Assembly: GCA_023213395.1 (NCBI GenBank)
Contig: CM041465.1
Location: 186,875,741-186,939,740 of the forward strand
Length of the DNA: 64,000 nucleotides
Direction: 5' to 3'
Origin: Cycas panzhihuaensis
Lineage: Eukaryota > Plantae > Cycadophyta
A program made the translations under genes and the position numbers. Each line of letters starts with the position of its first letter. The stretch's first letter is position 1. The notes under the pieces were generated by a model. It searched no databases and was not told the origin of the DNA. It was given only the letters and a program-made list of their open reading frames with translations. This document shows, in pieces, positions 12,046-26,335 of this stretch.

Positions 12046-15000
12046 ATGTCATCTCAATTCAAGAAGAATGTCAACTATATATTGAAAGGCAAAGAAAATT
12101 GAGATTTATAGTACACTATAGTTGAAAATGCTACAAAGTATGAAGGGCTTTGGAGAGCCTACTTGTAGCCTACACCTATCATACCTATAACAGCTACAAC
12201 ACCTGCTTCTGGTGGATCTACCCCAATAGCTTCTACAGATACCGTAGCCAAACTACAATGGCAGATATATGATGAAAAGATTCATGCAAGAATTCTATTG
12301 GTTACTAATCACTCCTTGTATAACTTGATTAACAAAGAGCAACATGATACAATCTGAAAGGTCCTTGAAGTTCTTAAGAAAAACTTTGATACCAAGTCAA
12401 ATTTAGAATTTGTTCATCTTATTCTAAAAATGAACAAATTAAAAATATAGAAGGGATGAGCTTATGAGACAATAAATCTCCTTTAACCAATAAAATAGGA
12501 AATTGATAAAGATTTTAAGACATAATATATTACTTGGGAATTCTGGATCCAATCATGTCTATATGTCCCTAATTATAAAAACTTGCTTGAAAATCTTCAA
12601 TCTAGTGGAATATTACAGACACTCAACTTCGAAGCACTTATTGAGAAGTTTATAGAATTTAACAAAACCTTTGATACCAACTTTATAGCCTCTGACTCTC
12701 TTCCAAATATAGCTTTTGAGGTGGAAGAAGAAGTTTACTATACAAAAAATCAAGTTCTCTCTCATGGCAGAGGAAATAATTGAGCAAGAGGAAGAGGGAG
12801 AAATATAGAAAATCATCCACAAGGTCAACCAAACCCTTAGTTATAGCCTCGATAGTCTCAAGGCTAAAGCCCATCTCAACAAAGAGCAAGACAGTAAGGC
12901 CAAACCAGTACCTCTTTAAGGACTGGCAATCAAATTATTATATGTGATCGATGTAACCGTAAAGGACACTTTACAAAAGATTATAGAACCGCCACTTATA
13001 AGTTGGCTAAGTTTTAACCAAAACATAGAGCTCACAATGTTGAAGAAACTTGTGAAGAATCCTTTAGTGGTGCAAGTTTTGTATAAGTATATTTTCAAAG
13101 AATTGAGGGATCTTCAGCATCAAATTCCATTAACCAACCAAAGAGATACTTTGAAGCTCGATGTGGAGATATCACTTGTGAATTTCCTTCACTAATGCTA
13201 AGGCCTATTGGAATTGCCAATAGTGTGGCGTTAATCGATGGACAGTGGATCATGGACATAGAAGCAACTCAACATATAACATACAATCATAGTCTATATC
13301 AAACATTTGACTCAAATATTTAAGGACTTGTTTACATGGCCGACAAATGACAACAACTTGTTGAAGAAATTGGTAATATTCACCTGAAACTCCTAGGCTT
13401 AAAAGATTTTACATTGCTTAATGTCTTATACATACCCAATCTCAAACAAAACCTACTCTCCTTATCCATAGTTGTCTCACATGGATTTAATTTGAGTGTA
13501 ATTACAAATGACTAGACTCTCTAGGTCATTCATCCTCCAACTAATCAAATGGTCTTGTTTAGACATCTCTCTGGTAAACTCTTTCTACTAAATGACTCTC
13601 TATCTTCTAAAGCCCATTGTGCCCAAATCCCTTGTGCCGATGAAGAATTTACATTTAGCTCCATCCTGACCCATTTAACATTGTCACCATAATCTCTTTG
13701 GCATGCTTGCATGGGCTATGTTCACATTGATAGACTTAGAGATCTTTGTAACACACTTCTAAATCTTCTAAAGTTCTCCTTTAAGCCCTTTAAATATAAA
13801 ACTTATATCATTGCCAAATCTCATCGACAACCATTTCCCAAAAATTAGTGGAAACCAAGCCATCCATTATAATTAGTACACTCTGATCTGTGTAAATTAA
13901 TGCCTATTCCTTCATTGAAGAGCAAGTTATATTACATCTCTTTCATTTATGATTTTACTAGAAAAGTATGGGTATCTTTTCTACACAAGAAAGATAAAGC
14001 CTTTTGTGTATTTAAAGAATTCAAAGTCCACACTAAAAAAAAGTTAGGTTATCAACTCAAATGTCTTAGAACTGATAATGGTGGCAAATATAACTCACAT
14101 GAATTTGAAAGCTACCTTCAAGATAATGGCATCAAGCATCAAACAACAGTAGCAGGTACTCCACAGTAAAATGGAGTTATCGAGTGCATAAACAAGATAA
14201 TCATGAACATGGCTAAAGCTATGTTGGTATACAAAAATGTACCTGCCTACCTATGGCTGAAGTAATCTAGATAGTTGTTTATTATATCAATGCGAAGGAC
14301 AATCACCTAATGAAAAGTGGTCAGGACAAGCCCCCATCATTCACTACTTCAAAATTTTTGGCTTTACATGCTATGCCTACATTCTAGATTTAGATTAAAA
14401 TAAACTCCATCCAAGGGTACTTAAAGGTATTTTTGTTGGATACCCTATAGATAAGAAAGAGTATAAGGTCTTTATACCTTCATAACGAAAAATTATTGTT
14501 ACCAGAGATATCATTTTTGTGGAGACAGAGGATCAGTTGCTTTGACTAGACTCTAAAATGCCCTCACGCCACTATACTTATGTTATCAAGTATGATGTTT
14601 AGATTCCAAAATTTAGCCCAAGAGGGGATAAATATAAATTACTTTAAATATTAGAAGTTGGCAATAGAGCCTGAGAGGATACAAGTTATGACTCTGAACC
14701 GATGAGTGCACATCTAGCACCATCCTTTGAAGATAGCAGAGTTGACAAGAGCAAAGCTATTATAGAAGAATTATCCTCTCCATTGTCAGTTAACAAAGGC
14801 AAAATAGTGGTAGAAGGACCATCTTCCTCAAGCGCATTAACATCCTCCTCAAAAAATAATCATTTTAATAAACAAGATAAGAACCAAGAAGTTAAGGAAA
14901 TGAGGACCTCATTCCTAACTCAAGGATCTCAAGAAGCCTACCAGTTCAATAAGGACATACGACCAGATGAGGTGGGCAAAACTAGTACTCAAAGTGCCTA

Positions 15001-16580
15001 TAGAGCAAGGATGCAGAAATCATTATATACTAAGCTTAAACTGATAGAATTGCACCTTACTTTTAATGAAGAGCCCCTAACATACCAAGAAGCTGTAAAA
15101 CATGTAGTTTAGAGAAATACCATGAACGAAGAATACCAATCTCTTATCAAGAATGGTACAAGGAAGCTTATTAATCTACCGCTTGGTAAAAAAGTAGTTC
15201 AAAATAAATGGGTGTTCAAAAATAAATATAGATTAGATGGTACCCTTGAAAACCACAAGGCAAGGTTGGCAGCTAAAGGATTTACACAGAGGGAAGGCAT
15301 TGACTACACTAAAGTCTTTGCACCTACAACCAAGTGCCCTACAATTAGAACTCTTGTGGCCTTGGCTGCTCAACAAGATTGAAAAATCTACCAACTCGAT
15401 ATTAAGATTGTGTTTCTCAATGGAGATCTTAAAGAAGAAATTTACATGGCTCAACTAGAAGGATATGAGATCGAAGGTTAAGAGCATAAGATTTGTAGGC
15501 TTAGAAAGTGCTTGTGCAGCCTTAAACAAGCCCATCGTGCTTAGTTTACCAAGTTGTCTAAAAGAATGAGGTAACGTAGATACGAGGTTTGTGACTACTA
15601 AGATATTGATGCAACAATGTTTATCAAGCGCTAAAAGGATAAAGTCACTTATCTTATAATCTTTATAGATGGAATGCTAGTAATGGGTAATAGTGATCAG
15701 GCAATAGGCCAGTTGAAAAAGAACCTTGGAAAAATGTTTGAATTATTTGACCTCAGCCTAATAAAATATTACTTGGGAATTGAAGTAATACAAAAGAATA
15801 GAAAATTTTTCCTCTCCCAAGAAAAATGCATCAACAATCTTTTAACCAAGTTTCAGTTAGAAGATGCTCAACTAGTGGCATTACCTATAAACCCTAATAC
15901 CAAACTCTTAGTTGATGATGATACTAGGGAGGTAGATACAACACTCTACAAGAAACTTATAGGTAGTCTCATCTACACTATCAATACAAAGCTAGATATT
16001 GCACACTATGTTGGCATTCTTACACGATTCATGACAAATCCTAAGTAGAATCATTGGCAAGCTACAGTTCAAGTGTTAAAATACCTAAAGACAACCAACA
16101 AATTTAGTCTATTATATGAACCTAATAATGAATTTAAGCTTTCTACATACATAGACTTAGACTTTATAAGAGATAAAGATACAAGAATATCTACGTCTAG
16201 GTATGTAATGTTTCTTGGAATATCACTAATATCATGAAGATCTAGATGGAAGAAGATAGTTGCAGATTTAACTATTGAAGATGAATACATTGTTGTTTCT
16301 GAGACTAGTAAGGAGGTGATATGGCTGAGAAAATTATTGGAAACATCAAATATCACCCAAATAAATCCTGCTAGTCTTTATATGGATAATCAATCAACAA
16401 TCTACATGACAAAAAAATCTTATATTTCATGATCATACTAAATACATAAATACGAAAGTCCATAGGATTAGAGAACTTGTTCATGATGGCACAATTCAAC
16501 TGGAATAAATCAAGTGACTGATATTTTCACTAAATCACTGCAAAAGGTGAAGTTGAATAGCTCTAAAGGCAGCTCGACCT
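12046..16580 (+). pseudogene. copia B gag-pol, heavily degraded
   Basis: Gag start MSSQFKKNVNYILKGKEN; zinc-knuckle remnant ~12940; integrase CLRTDNGGKY; RT NHKARLAAKGFTQREGIDY and YYLGIEV; RNase H remnant to ~16560. End is approximate. Confidence 0.88.
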
Positions 16581-17361
16581 TAGGGCCTCCATCTTCGACT
16601 GATCAAAAAAGATGGTAATAAGATCATCATATTTTATTCTCTTCATAAAAACCTCTTGTGGGCGTGGAAGAATAAGAGTAAGTCTCTACTCTATCATATT
16701 TTTAAAAATCCCATGTGGGCATGGAAGGATAAGGGTTGTATTAGTTTTAGAAAATTGGAACCTATGAAAACCTAAAAGGGCATAAGGGATGACCAAACGG
16801 TATATAGAGACTTAGCAGATTAAGTTACACATTTAAGTTGCTTGGCTATTAGGGTACATCAAAGAGCCACCTTATCCATTTTGATTTATAAAAAGGGCTA
16901 TAGATCTTAGAAAGTCCATGTGTTTTTATTCCCCATAAGGGTTTTCTCACAAAAGTATCATTTAAAATTTCAATGCAATAATGAGGCTTAAATAAAAACC
17001 TCATAAAATAGATTTTCTCAAAATTACATTTCACCATTAAGGGGGGGATTGAAAGAGGTTAATGTATCAAGGTCATTTGTATAGATTAATTATGTGACCT
17101 TAGGATATATTGTTAGCATTAGTCTCTTAATGAAATATGCTTTATGTGAATTTAGATGTAATTTTGGGTTCATGTCATTAGGCAGAAAAATCCTAATCCT
17201 AGTGCTCACCCTCAATAATAAAAGGCCAAATCTCAATGAGGGAGTCATTACTCATTCTCACCTCCAACCTTTCTCTCATATCTTATTTTATCTCTTTTTT
17301 TATTCTCCATTACCATTGTGTGCATGTGAGTGATTTATTCCCTAGATCCATCCTTCCTTCA

Positions 17362-19586
17362 CTTTGTTATTCTAGTATGATCCCTAAGTTATCATTATAT
17401 TGGTGGAAAATCTAAGGAAGATTTGCATATAGTTAGGAGTACCATTATATGATATTTATAATAAGTTGAGTAAATAGCCAATGATGCCCATGCTTTGATC
17501 AAGTTATCTTTGTAGGTTTAAATTTAAGAGAAGAATTCACCATTAACACTAACTTTTAATTTTTAAAATTTTCTGTGTAAATATTTATAATATATAAAAT
17601 TTGATAACTTTGTATAAGAGAGATATTATGATATTTTAATATTGTAATCAATGTTGTAGGATGGATCACATAATAAGACTAGGATAGATTAGTCACTCAT
17701 ATTGACTCTGTTCACATGAGTCAAAGGGCAAAGTTTGGTTGAGCAAATCCTAGCAATTAACATAAGCCAAAGTTGGTATGGGCCATAGGTTGTCGACTAA
17801 GCCATTATAAATTAGTTTTCATAACTTTGTACTAGAACTTGTGAGTATTAATAGTTATTGTAGTAATGTAGGTAGTTAGATAATCAGTCTATAAAACTCA
17901 TACTTTATACAATTGAGAGCAATAATGGTTTCATGGCCTCATTATAGAAGCATTGACTATTAGATAATATAATTGATAAGAAAAATAATATTGGATGATA
18001 GTGATGAACTAATATTATAAAGGATTAGTAGTTGAAATGAACTATTTGTAATAATGTTTGGTTAGATGTTGTTTATTATTAAGTATTTTTTTGTATATAT
18101 AACTAATAACTGAAAAGCATCCAATATTTATATGGAAATAAAAGGGGAAGGCTCAACACACTAATAAGTGGTGTGATTATAATAAAAACACTAATTCTAA
18201 TAAAAAAGGCATGGCTCAAAATGCATCTTTGCTTACACAATCTCATGCAAGCAAAAGACAGAGAAGGACAAGGTTATAAACAATCCAAAACACTTAAGGG
18301 TTCTTACAATATAAACAAATGATAATGAAAAGAGTAAGTAACTTTTCTAATTGATAGATAGCTTCTTCATAATATTTTCAACAATTTAATCCAAAAGAAC
18401 TTAATTTCCTTCGATATAATCAAAGAAAATATCTTTGCCTGCCTTGCTTCATCCAAATTTATACCACATTTAGTGGTTATAAAAAGGTAAGGGGTTTGAG
18501 GTTACTTATCAATGTTGATAGGAATTTAGCATATATCCTATGAAAGATGAAATGTTTTATGATGTTGTACTATTACATATATATGATGTGATATTTAGAA
18601 AACTTTCTATATGGGAACAATATACCAACTACTAGGCAAGAATACATCAAATCAAATCATTGAAGAATGGTATCACTTATGTCATAAAACATTATTCCCA
18701 AAGAGGGTAATATGACACTTATTTCAATCTTACAAGCTAAGAAGATAATACTCCTTATGGTAAGGCATCAAACTAAATATACTTCAAGCCAATTTATTAA
18801 TTCATAAGTTTTGAGCATTATACAACTTAAATAAAAAGAACAAATGAATGCATTATTGGAAGGTTTTATAGATGTGTTTTAGAAGATTGGAGGTCCACCT
18901 CTAAACCACCATGTCGAACATCAAGCTTATTTAATTCCAAAATCAACTTTTTACAAATTGTATATTCTATAAGGAAACATCACCACTTGATATTGCATAT
19001 ATGACTCCAATGCCATCTTCTACCCCATAGGTATTAAAAGGACAAGAAATGGCATATAAGTTTATTGAGAAAGTGTAAGTCATCCATAGACAAGTGGATG
19101 ATATGCTTAGTAAATCATAAAAAAGAATATAAAAACTAACATAACAACCATAAAGTGGATCACATATTTAAAGTAAGTAGAAAACTTTAGTTACATCTAC
19201 AAAAGAAAAGGTTCAAATATCCAAACTACAAAATTTAGCCACTATGATATAGACCTTATACTATGCTCAAAACAATTAATAAAAATATTTACTTATTATA
19301 TTTGCCTTAATATATATATATATATATATAGTATTAAGTGTAAAATTATTCAAGCTATACACACCACCATTATTAGAGCAAATAGGTAACCCACGATAAT
19401 AATAATTAGCTTGGACTCAAAATGCAAAGCACCGTGACAAAAAAAAGCAAGTTGTCACTATGCAAATCAAAAGAAAACATGCTCCAAAAAAAACCATTAT
19501 TTAATATAGAAAAAAATAGCCAATATACTTGTTAGATAAAATGATCTATAAAAAATGAGTTCCAACATAAAATTCTTAATCTATAC
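17362..19586 (+). mobile_element. Degraded Ty3/gypsy remnant (protease region joined to the integrase C-terminus)
   Basis: Protease-region remnant ~18340-18610 (DEMFYDVV..YDVIF). GPY/F-like segment FKV..LHLQKKRF..KI*PL*YRPYTML..I at ~19160-19310. Resembles the element at 60.6-64 kb. Boundaries uncertain. Confidence 0.6.
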
Positions 19587-22199
19587 TTTAAGGACTTAGC
19601 TCCTTAAATAACCTTGGTTAGATTATAGCATTATCAACTATGAAAAAAACAACATTTATTTCTAGTTTTGTTCATCCTATGTGAGATGAATGCACAATAT
19701 ATGTTTCACCAGGTGTGGGGATGCAGCATTTTGGTTTTTGGTCTTAGCAAGTAACTTTGTATTTAGGTTGAAGCCCATCTAGACTTAAGTTATTTATCTC
19801 TTTTTCTTCTAAGTACTTTATTCAATATAAAATTTATTCTTTATTTATTACTTTCATAATACAAAAGGAACCAGATGACTTAAATATGCAGTGTAAATAG
19901 GGAAGCACATGACATTAATGAGGAAGGAATAGAACAAAAAATCAATGTAAGGGTAAATGTTAGATGTAAAGGCCTACTCAACTTATTTAGGAGACAAGAT
20001 TTAATTAATCAACAAATATTCTACTAAAAATATATTTATCAAGTGGAAGAGGTAGTTTTTAGCTTTCTAGTATGTGGTGGAATACTAAAAATGGACATTC
20101 GAGAAAGAAGTTATAAAAATTTGAATCAGACCTCCGATTTTTTTTTTTTTTATAGTAAGAGGCTCCCCGTAAATTCACAATTAAATAATCAAGTGAAAAT
20201 ATAAGGAGATTAGATTGCAAAATTGAGAAGTTGGATTGTAAGAAAGATACATCTCATAAATTTGTAAGTGAGTTATCAAAGGTGGACTTAGAATATTTAA
20301 GGCATGAAATAATGAAGAAAGTGAGTAAAGAATCTCTCAAAAGCTAGCTAATAAGCCACTAAGTATGGGCACTCAAGGACCTAACTCTGAAATTCCATAA
20401 CAAACATTATAAAGGGAAGAGTCTCTTGAAATTTCATAAATAAGTTAGTGAGTGGCACCCTACAATCACCCAATTACAAAGTTAGAAAAAGGTGTCATAA
20501 CTAATATTGCTCCCTTGCCAACTAACATGTTGGCCCTGAATATGAGCACAAAGCCAAAATCCCAAAGTTACAAAATATAGAATGAAAAAAAAGAAGTGCC
20601 TCTCCACTTTGCAAATAGACTATTAAGTGAAAACATTAAGAAACTAAGTTATACAAATGCAAAATGATGTCCATAAGTGACATAACTTTCATAAATTTGC
20701 ATGTGCACCAAGGAAGTGTAAGTGAAGGTGGATTGAATCGTGAAATCACAAAACAAGTCTTAAGAGAGGAAGTCCCCCACAACTTCATAAGTGGGCCATC
20801 AAGTATAGAGACTTAAAGGTTGAGTTTTGAAACTATGATTCAATAGAAAGGCAAGTAAAAGAGACCATTTCACAAACTCATAAATGAGTTGTTAAGTGAT
20901 TGAGTTTATGGGATCAAGTAAAAAATTATGAAACAAAGGCATGGGCATAGAACTCCACCTTGCATCCTCACAAATGGATTGTTGAGTTCAAATGCAAGCA
21001 CATAAGATAACAAAAATATAAAAGCAAAGGATTGAAAGGTGAAACCTCAACCTTCGAGCCTCCAAGGAAGGATTGTAACCCACATAATAGATGAAAGATT
21101 CAGTTGATCTTAGAGGCATTGGAATCTATAATTATATATAAGCATTCTCAAAAGGTTCCCATTCCCTAAGGGTTGAACGAATCCCCATTCCCTAAGTGTT
21201 CGGTGAGTTTCCTTTATGATTTAAAAGGAATTTAGGTTGAGTGAGTCCCCTTCCCTTTGAGGTTGTGACAGGAACTTGGGTTGAGTAAGTCCCCTCCATG
21301 TTGTTGCTATTAAGGGCATAACTAATACCTATAGGGTATGTATTTATAATCTTGTGTTGGTGTGTTATGTGATATGAAACACATAGCCAATTGAGATGAG
21401 AGCTAATGATGATACATGCAGGGTTATCTGTCATGCATTTTATTGTATAGGACATGTGGTTCACTTAAAGAGATAGTCCAAAATGATTGATTCAACAATG
21501 ATCCATATGTAGTATGTCATTTGTAGTTATTGATGAGAAAGTTATAAGGTAGTAAGAAGGCTCACATATATATTTTTAGTACTGTGTGATTACAAAATTA
21601 TGACCAAAGAAATCATTTAGACAAGTTTGATGCCTAGTATAGTGTGAAATATCAATACTCTAGTGTTCTTATTATCTGCTTCAACTCAAGGGTGTTTTCC
21701 TCCTCAAGAATTTGGTTGGTTAGGTAGTGAATCTATTTGAGTAATCTAGTTGGTCCCATTTTATACTTAAATTTATGAGTGATGACTTAATGGAGAAATA
21801 CGTCACGTAATACTTATACTTCTTTCTAAAACACTACTATTTAGAAATATATTTGGAATATATTTAAGTGGCACCTCTATTCTCTTCAACTAGTTACACC
21901 TTTTGGGCATATGTTTTCTATTGTACGTTTACATTATGCTCTATTTTTAGTTTTTTTAATTCAAGTAAATAATTTAGTTTTAACTTGGTTAATAAAATCA
22001 ATTGAGTCACAACTAAGTAGAGTCGCAGTTATTTCTAGGTATAGTTAGGGGTCATAATAGAGATAGTATTTAAGCTTCAAGGTGGAAGCTTGCAAAGAGA
22101 CTATTAGAATCTCATAGTTGAATCTTAAGTAGTAAGAAGGAATTGATAAATTACTCAACTCTTGGAAAAGAAAACCCAATTTAAGTGAGCAAGAGATAC

Positions 22200-25100
22200 C
22201 ATGAGGTTAGAGGAAGAATTTTATAGGGATTATGTCTAGGGAACCTATAAAGATGAAGAAGACCCCAACTTTAAGAATATAAACATCGAAGAAATTCTAA
22301 GGTGTAGAGGAAACTCACAAATTAACATTTTAATGGCCCTACTAGAGACTATTCAAAGCCTATAATAATAGCTAAAGGGATATAAGGAGGACAATGAATG
22401 GATTCTAATAAGCCATGAGGTTTTGCTCCACAACATTTAGTACATAATTGACTAGAAGAAGATTGAGAGAGCACTAAACTCCAAGAACAATGGAAGAAGA
22501 GGAAAATCTTAAGAGTTATCAACTCATGAGCACTTAAGCAAAAGAAATAAGAGTAGGGCTAGAGAGCATTATAAAGAGCAGTACATGACAAGCATTCAAT
22601 CCTCTCATAAAACCCCTAAGAGAGGACAATGTAAAGGCAAGAAGAGTGCACTTTAATTTGAGATGAGAAAGGTGAGGCCACCCACTTTTAATGGATAGAT
22701 CAAGAGTGAAGGAGAAGTAGAAGCACAGTTTCTAAACATTGATAAAAACTTTATACTGAATGATTTCGGCTCCAATAAGAAGGTAAAGATTATTGTTTAT
22801 AATTTAATAGATTAAATGTCCTTATGGTGGGAACATCATAATAAGCTTAAGGAGATTTAGGAGAGAGACATAATATGAAGCAAGTTTGTCAAATATCTCA
22901 AGTGATAATACATTTTAAAACAATACTTTTCAAAAAGATAATAGCCTTCCATGAGCTAAAGCAAGGGAGAATGATAGTGGATGAATATGAAAGAGAACTC
23001 ATAGAGCTACTCCAATACATCCTTTATATTCAAGAAGAAAAGGTAAAGACCCATATATTCATTAGTGGACTGAATGAAAACATTTAAAATCGAATCAATA
23101 TCCACAAGCCTAAGTCTTTAGAAGAGGTAATTCAAAAAGCTAGGTGCCATGAAGAATAATGGACAAAACCCCAAGATAAGTAAGTTGGTTAAAGAGGAAA
23201 ATAGCAACCAAGACAAGGACCACCAAGGAGGTATTTCAGACTACAAAGATACAATTAAGGTGGGAGGAATTTTAATCATTCATTAGGTAATCCCAAGGCC
23301 AAATCCACTATCCATGAATATTCCAAAAAAATCTAAAGAAGGAAGATGTTATCAATGCAATGAGTAAGAACATTATGTTCCAAACTATCTACAAAGACCA
23401 AAAAGAAGAGGGGGAGCTCATAGCATAAAGCTACAACCCACGATAATAGATGAATCCCAAGAAGTAAGGTACATGCATGTTCATATAGCAATTGAGGGAA
23501 GACAAGTAGATAACTAATTTATTATAATGCAAGCAATTAGTAAGATTACATAGCAAGATCTTACCATACTCATTTACTTAGGAAGCAGTCATAATTTCCT
23601 ACATCCTATAATTATGAAAAAGTGCAAGCTCAAGACTCAAACCCACAAGGATAAGTGGATGACATAGATGGAAAATGGTAATAAAAGGAAGGTGATATAA
23701 TATATTCCTTTCTATCTATCAAAATAGGAATCAATCTCCACTTTTGCCACATTCTAGATTTTGCCATTAGGGGATAATGATGCCATTATTGGCTTGGTAC
23801 GGTTGGCAAAATATTGAGTGAAAATTCATTACTATGATAAGTTGTTTAAGTCTCTCAATGATAATGGAGAGCCCACTCTTATTAAAGGGAAGAAATTTCT
23901 ATCCAACATTTAACATATTTTAGAGACATAGGTAGAGAAATACTTAAGGAAAGGTCATCAAGCTTATGAAATTCATATAAATGAAGAAGAGCCCCTTGTA
24001 AAACCTCACCAAGTAAATAATTCAATAATACAAGAGTTTAGAGATATATTTCCAAATAAACTATAATGATTATCACCCAAGTGTGGTGTGGATTATGAAA
24101 TTAAACTTGCACTAAGAGTAGAACCAATCTCTAAGGGAGCATATCATCTAGCCACACCAGAATTGACTAAATTAAGAATGCAATTATAAGACCTACTTCA
24201 CCAAGGTCATACTAGACCTAGTGTTTTACCATGGGAAGCACCAATATTTCTTGTGAAAAAGAATAATAGAACTTTGAGATTATGCATAGATTACCAGTAG
24301 TTAAACAAGATAATAGAAAAACACAATTATCTCTTACCCTAAACTGAGGACTTTTTTGATCAAATGAAGGAAGCCAAACTATTCATAAAGATAAACTTAA
24401 AATTTAGGTATTATCAAATCAAAATCAAGGAGGATGATTTTTAAAAAATTATTATTAGAACTATATATGGGCATTAAAATTTTTTAATAAGGGCATTTGG
24501 ATTGACCAATGTACCTATAACATTCATGTGCCTAATGAAGAGTGTGTTCAAAGAAATTTGGATAAATTTATCATCGTGTTCATAGATGACATTATGATCT
24601 ATACAAAATCTTTAAAAGAACATGAGGAAAACCCCAAGAATTGTATTGCAATTGCTTAGAGAGCATAAGTTATATTCCAAGCTAAGTAAATATGAATTTT
24701 ACAAAGAAGAGGTATACTATTTGAGTCATGTCATCTCATAAGCAAGAATTTTAGTTGATCCCCAAAAGATCATAGCCATTATAAAATGGCCATCACCTAA
24801 GCATGTGCATGAGGTAAAGAGTTGCATGGGACTAGTAGGTTATTAGAAGGTATATTGAGAACTTCTCTAGAATTGTAGGTCCAATCGCCTCTTTGTAGAA
24901 GAAGGGAGATAAATTCAAATGGACAGATTTATTTAAATAAAGGTTTTAGTTATTGAAATATTTACTCACCATAGCTCCAGTTCTCATAATACTTTATTTG
25001 AATTCATATTTCTTAGTCTATATTAATGCTTTTATGGAAGGTTTTGGGGCAATCTAGATGTAGGATAACAAAGTTATCTCCTATGAATCCAGAAAATTTA

Positions 25101-26335
25101 AAGATTATAAGAAAAACAGCCACACTCATGATATAAAGCTAGCAATAATTATGCATGCACTTAAGGTATAGAGGTATTATTTACTTAAGAAAAGTTTTAA
25201 ACTTTACACAAACCATGATAGCCTTAAGAAGATATTCACATAACTCCATCTCAATGCAATACATCGTAGTTGGATGAAGTACTTATGCAAGTTTAACTTT
25301 CAACCATAATACATCAAAGGAAAGGAGAATAAAATGGAAAATACTCTAAGTCAATGTAAGTGCATTGCTAAAATAAGTATATAGTAATTAAGCTTGATGA
25401 ACTCCATTCTCAAAGCTTGTAAAAATGATGAGTATTATAAACATGCTAAAGAAGTCATACAAGATCAATAAATTTAAAATCAAGAAGCAGCATGACTAAT
25501 GCAAAAATATGTAGGTCATTAAGTAATAGAGGATGGTGCACTAACCTACCAACAAAGAGTTTACATACCTAATGATACAAACATAATGCAAGAGGCTTAT
25601 GTTACCCCAACTGTAGACCATCCAAGTTACTATAAGATCTATGTAGAAATAAAGAAATAGTTTTTCTAGCTTAGGATGAAGAATGATATTATGAGTTATG
25701 TAACAAAATGCTTAACATGTCAATCTATAAGATAATGATAGAAAATGTAACACACCACTTAGCTAGGAGAATCTAGAAGACAAATATATGGTAGGTCTAA
25801 AATTACTATAAGAAATAGAAATGCAAGTCATCAATAAAAGAAAGTAGTTGAAGGTAGCCCGAGATAGGCAAAAGTTATCCAGACTTAAAGAGAATAACAA
25901 AGGAATTTCAAGTTGAAGACCATGCATTTTTTCAAGTAAGACCTATGCATAGCTCACTTAGCTTAGGCATGTACAAGAAACTTTCACTAAGGTGTTGTGG
26001 TCCATTCGAGATCTTAGAACAAATTAGGCAAGTAGTCTATAAGCTTACCTTACTACTAAACCTGTAAATTCGTAATGTGTTCCATGTTTCTCTACTAGAA
26101 AATTATATGCCAAACTCAAAGCATATGTTTGAGTGGACTAATCTTATCATTAGACCAAGTATCAATTTTGAGGAGAAACCCTTGAGAATATTAGAGTAAG
26201 TAGAGAGAATGTTTTGAAATAAGAGCTTTAGATAAGTGAAAGTGTAATGGAAGCACTTGGCTCCAAACGAGACAACATGAGAGTTAGAGAGTGACATGCA
26301 GTAGCAGTACCCCCATTTATTCATAGTAAGATAAA
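22200..26335 (+). pseudogene. Element E gag-pol with C-terminal chromodomain, degraded; integrase core missing
   Basis: Gag MRKVRPPTFNG; knuckle CYQCNE*EHY; protease LGSSHNF; RT IRPSVLPWEAP and VFIDDIMIY; RNase H HTHDIKLAIIMHALKV; integrase HP..CLTC; CGPFEILE; chromodomain KV*WKHLAPNETT*ELESDMQ*QYPHLF. Start is approximate. Confidence 0.85.

Larger units (their letters stand above)
5161..17361 (+). mobile_element. Ty1/copia LTR retrotransposon B with a long 5' leader; hosts elements A and C
   Basis: 5' LTR remnant 5161-5387 aligns with 17122-17361 of the 3' LTR (17050-17361, TG..CA). PBS TGGTATTAGAGC at 5390-5401; PPT AAGGGGGGGA at 17039-17048. Confidence 0.92.

Noticed and set aside
17652-18110. 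Possible solo LTR starting TGTTG
   Set aside because: No clear CA end or TSD and no second copy in the window.
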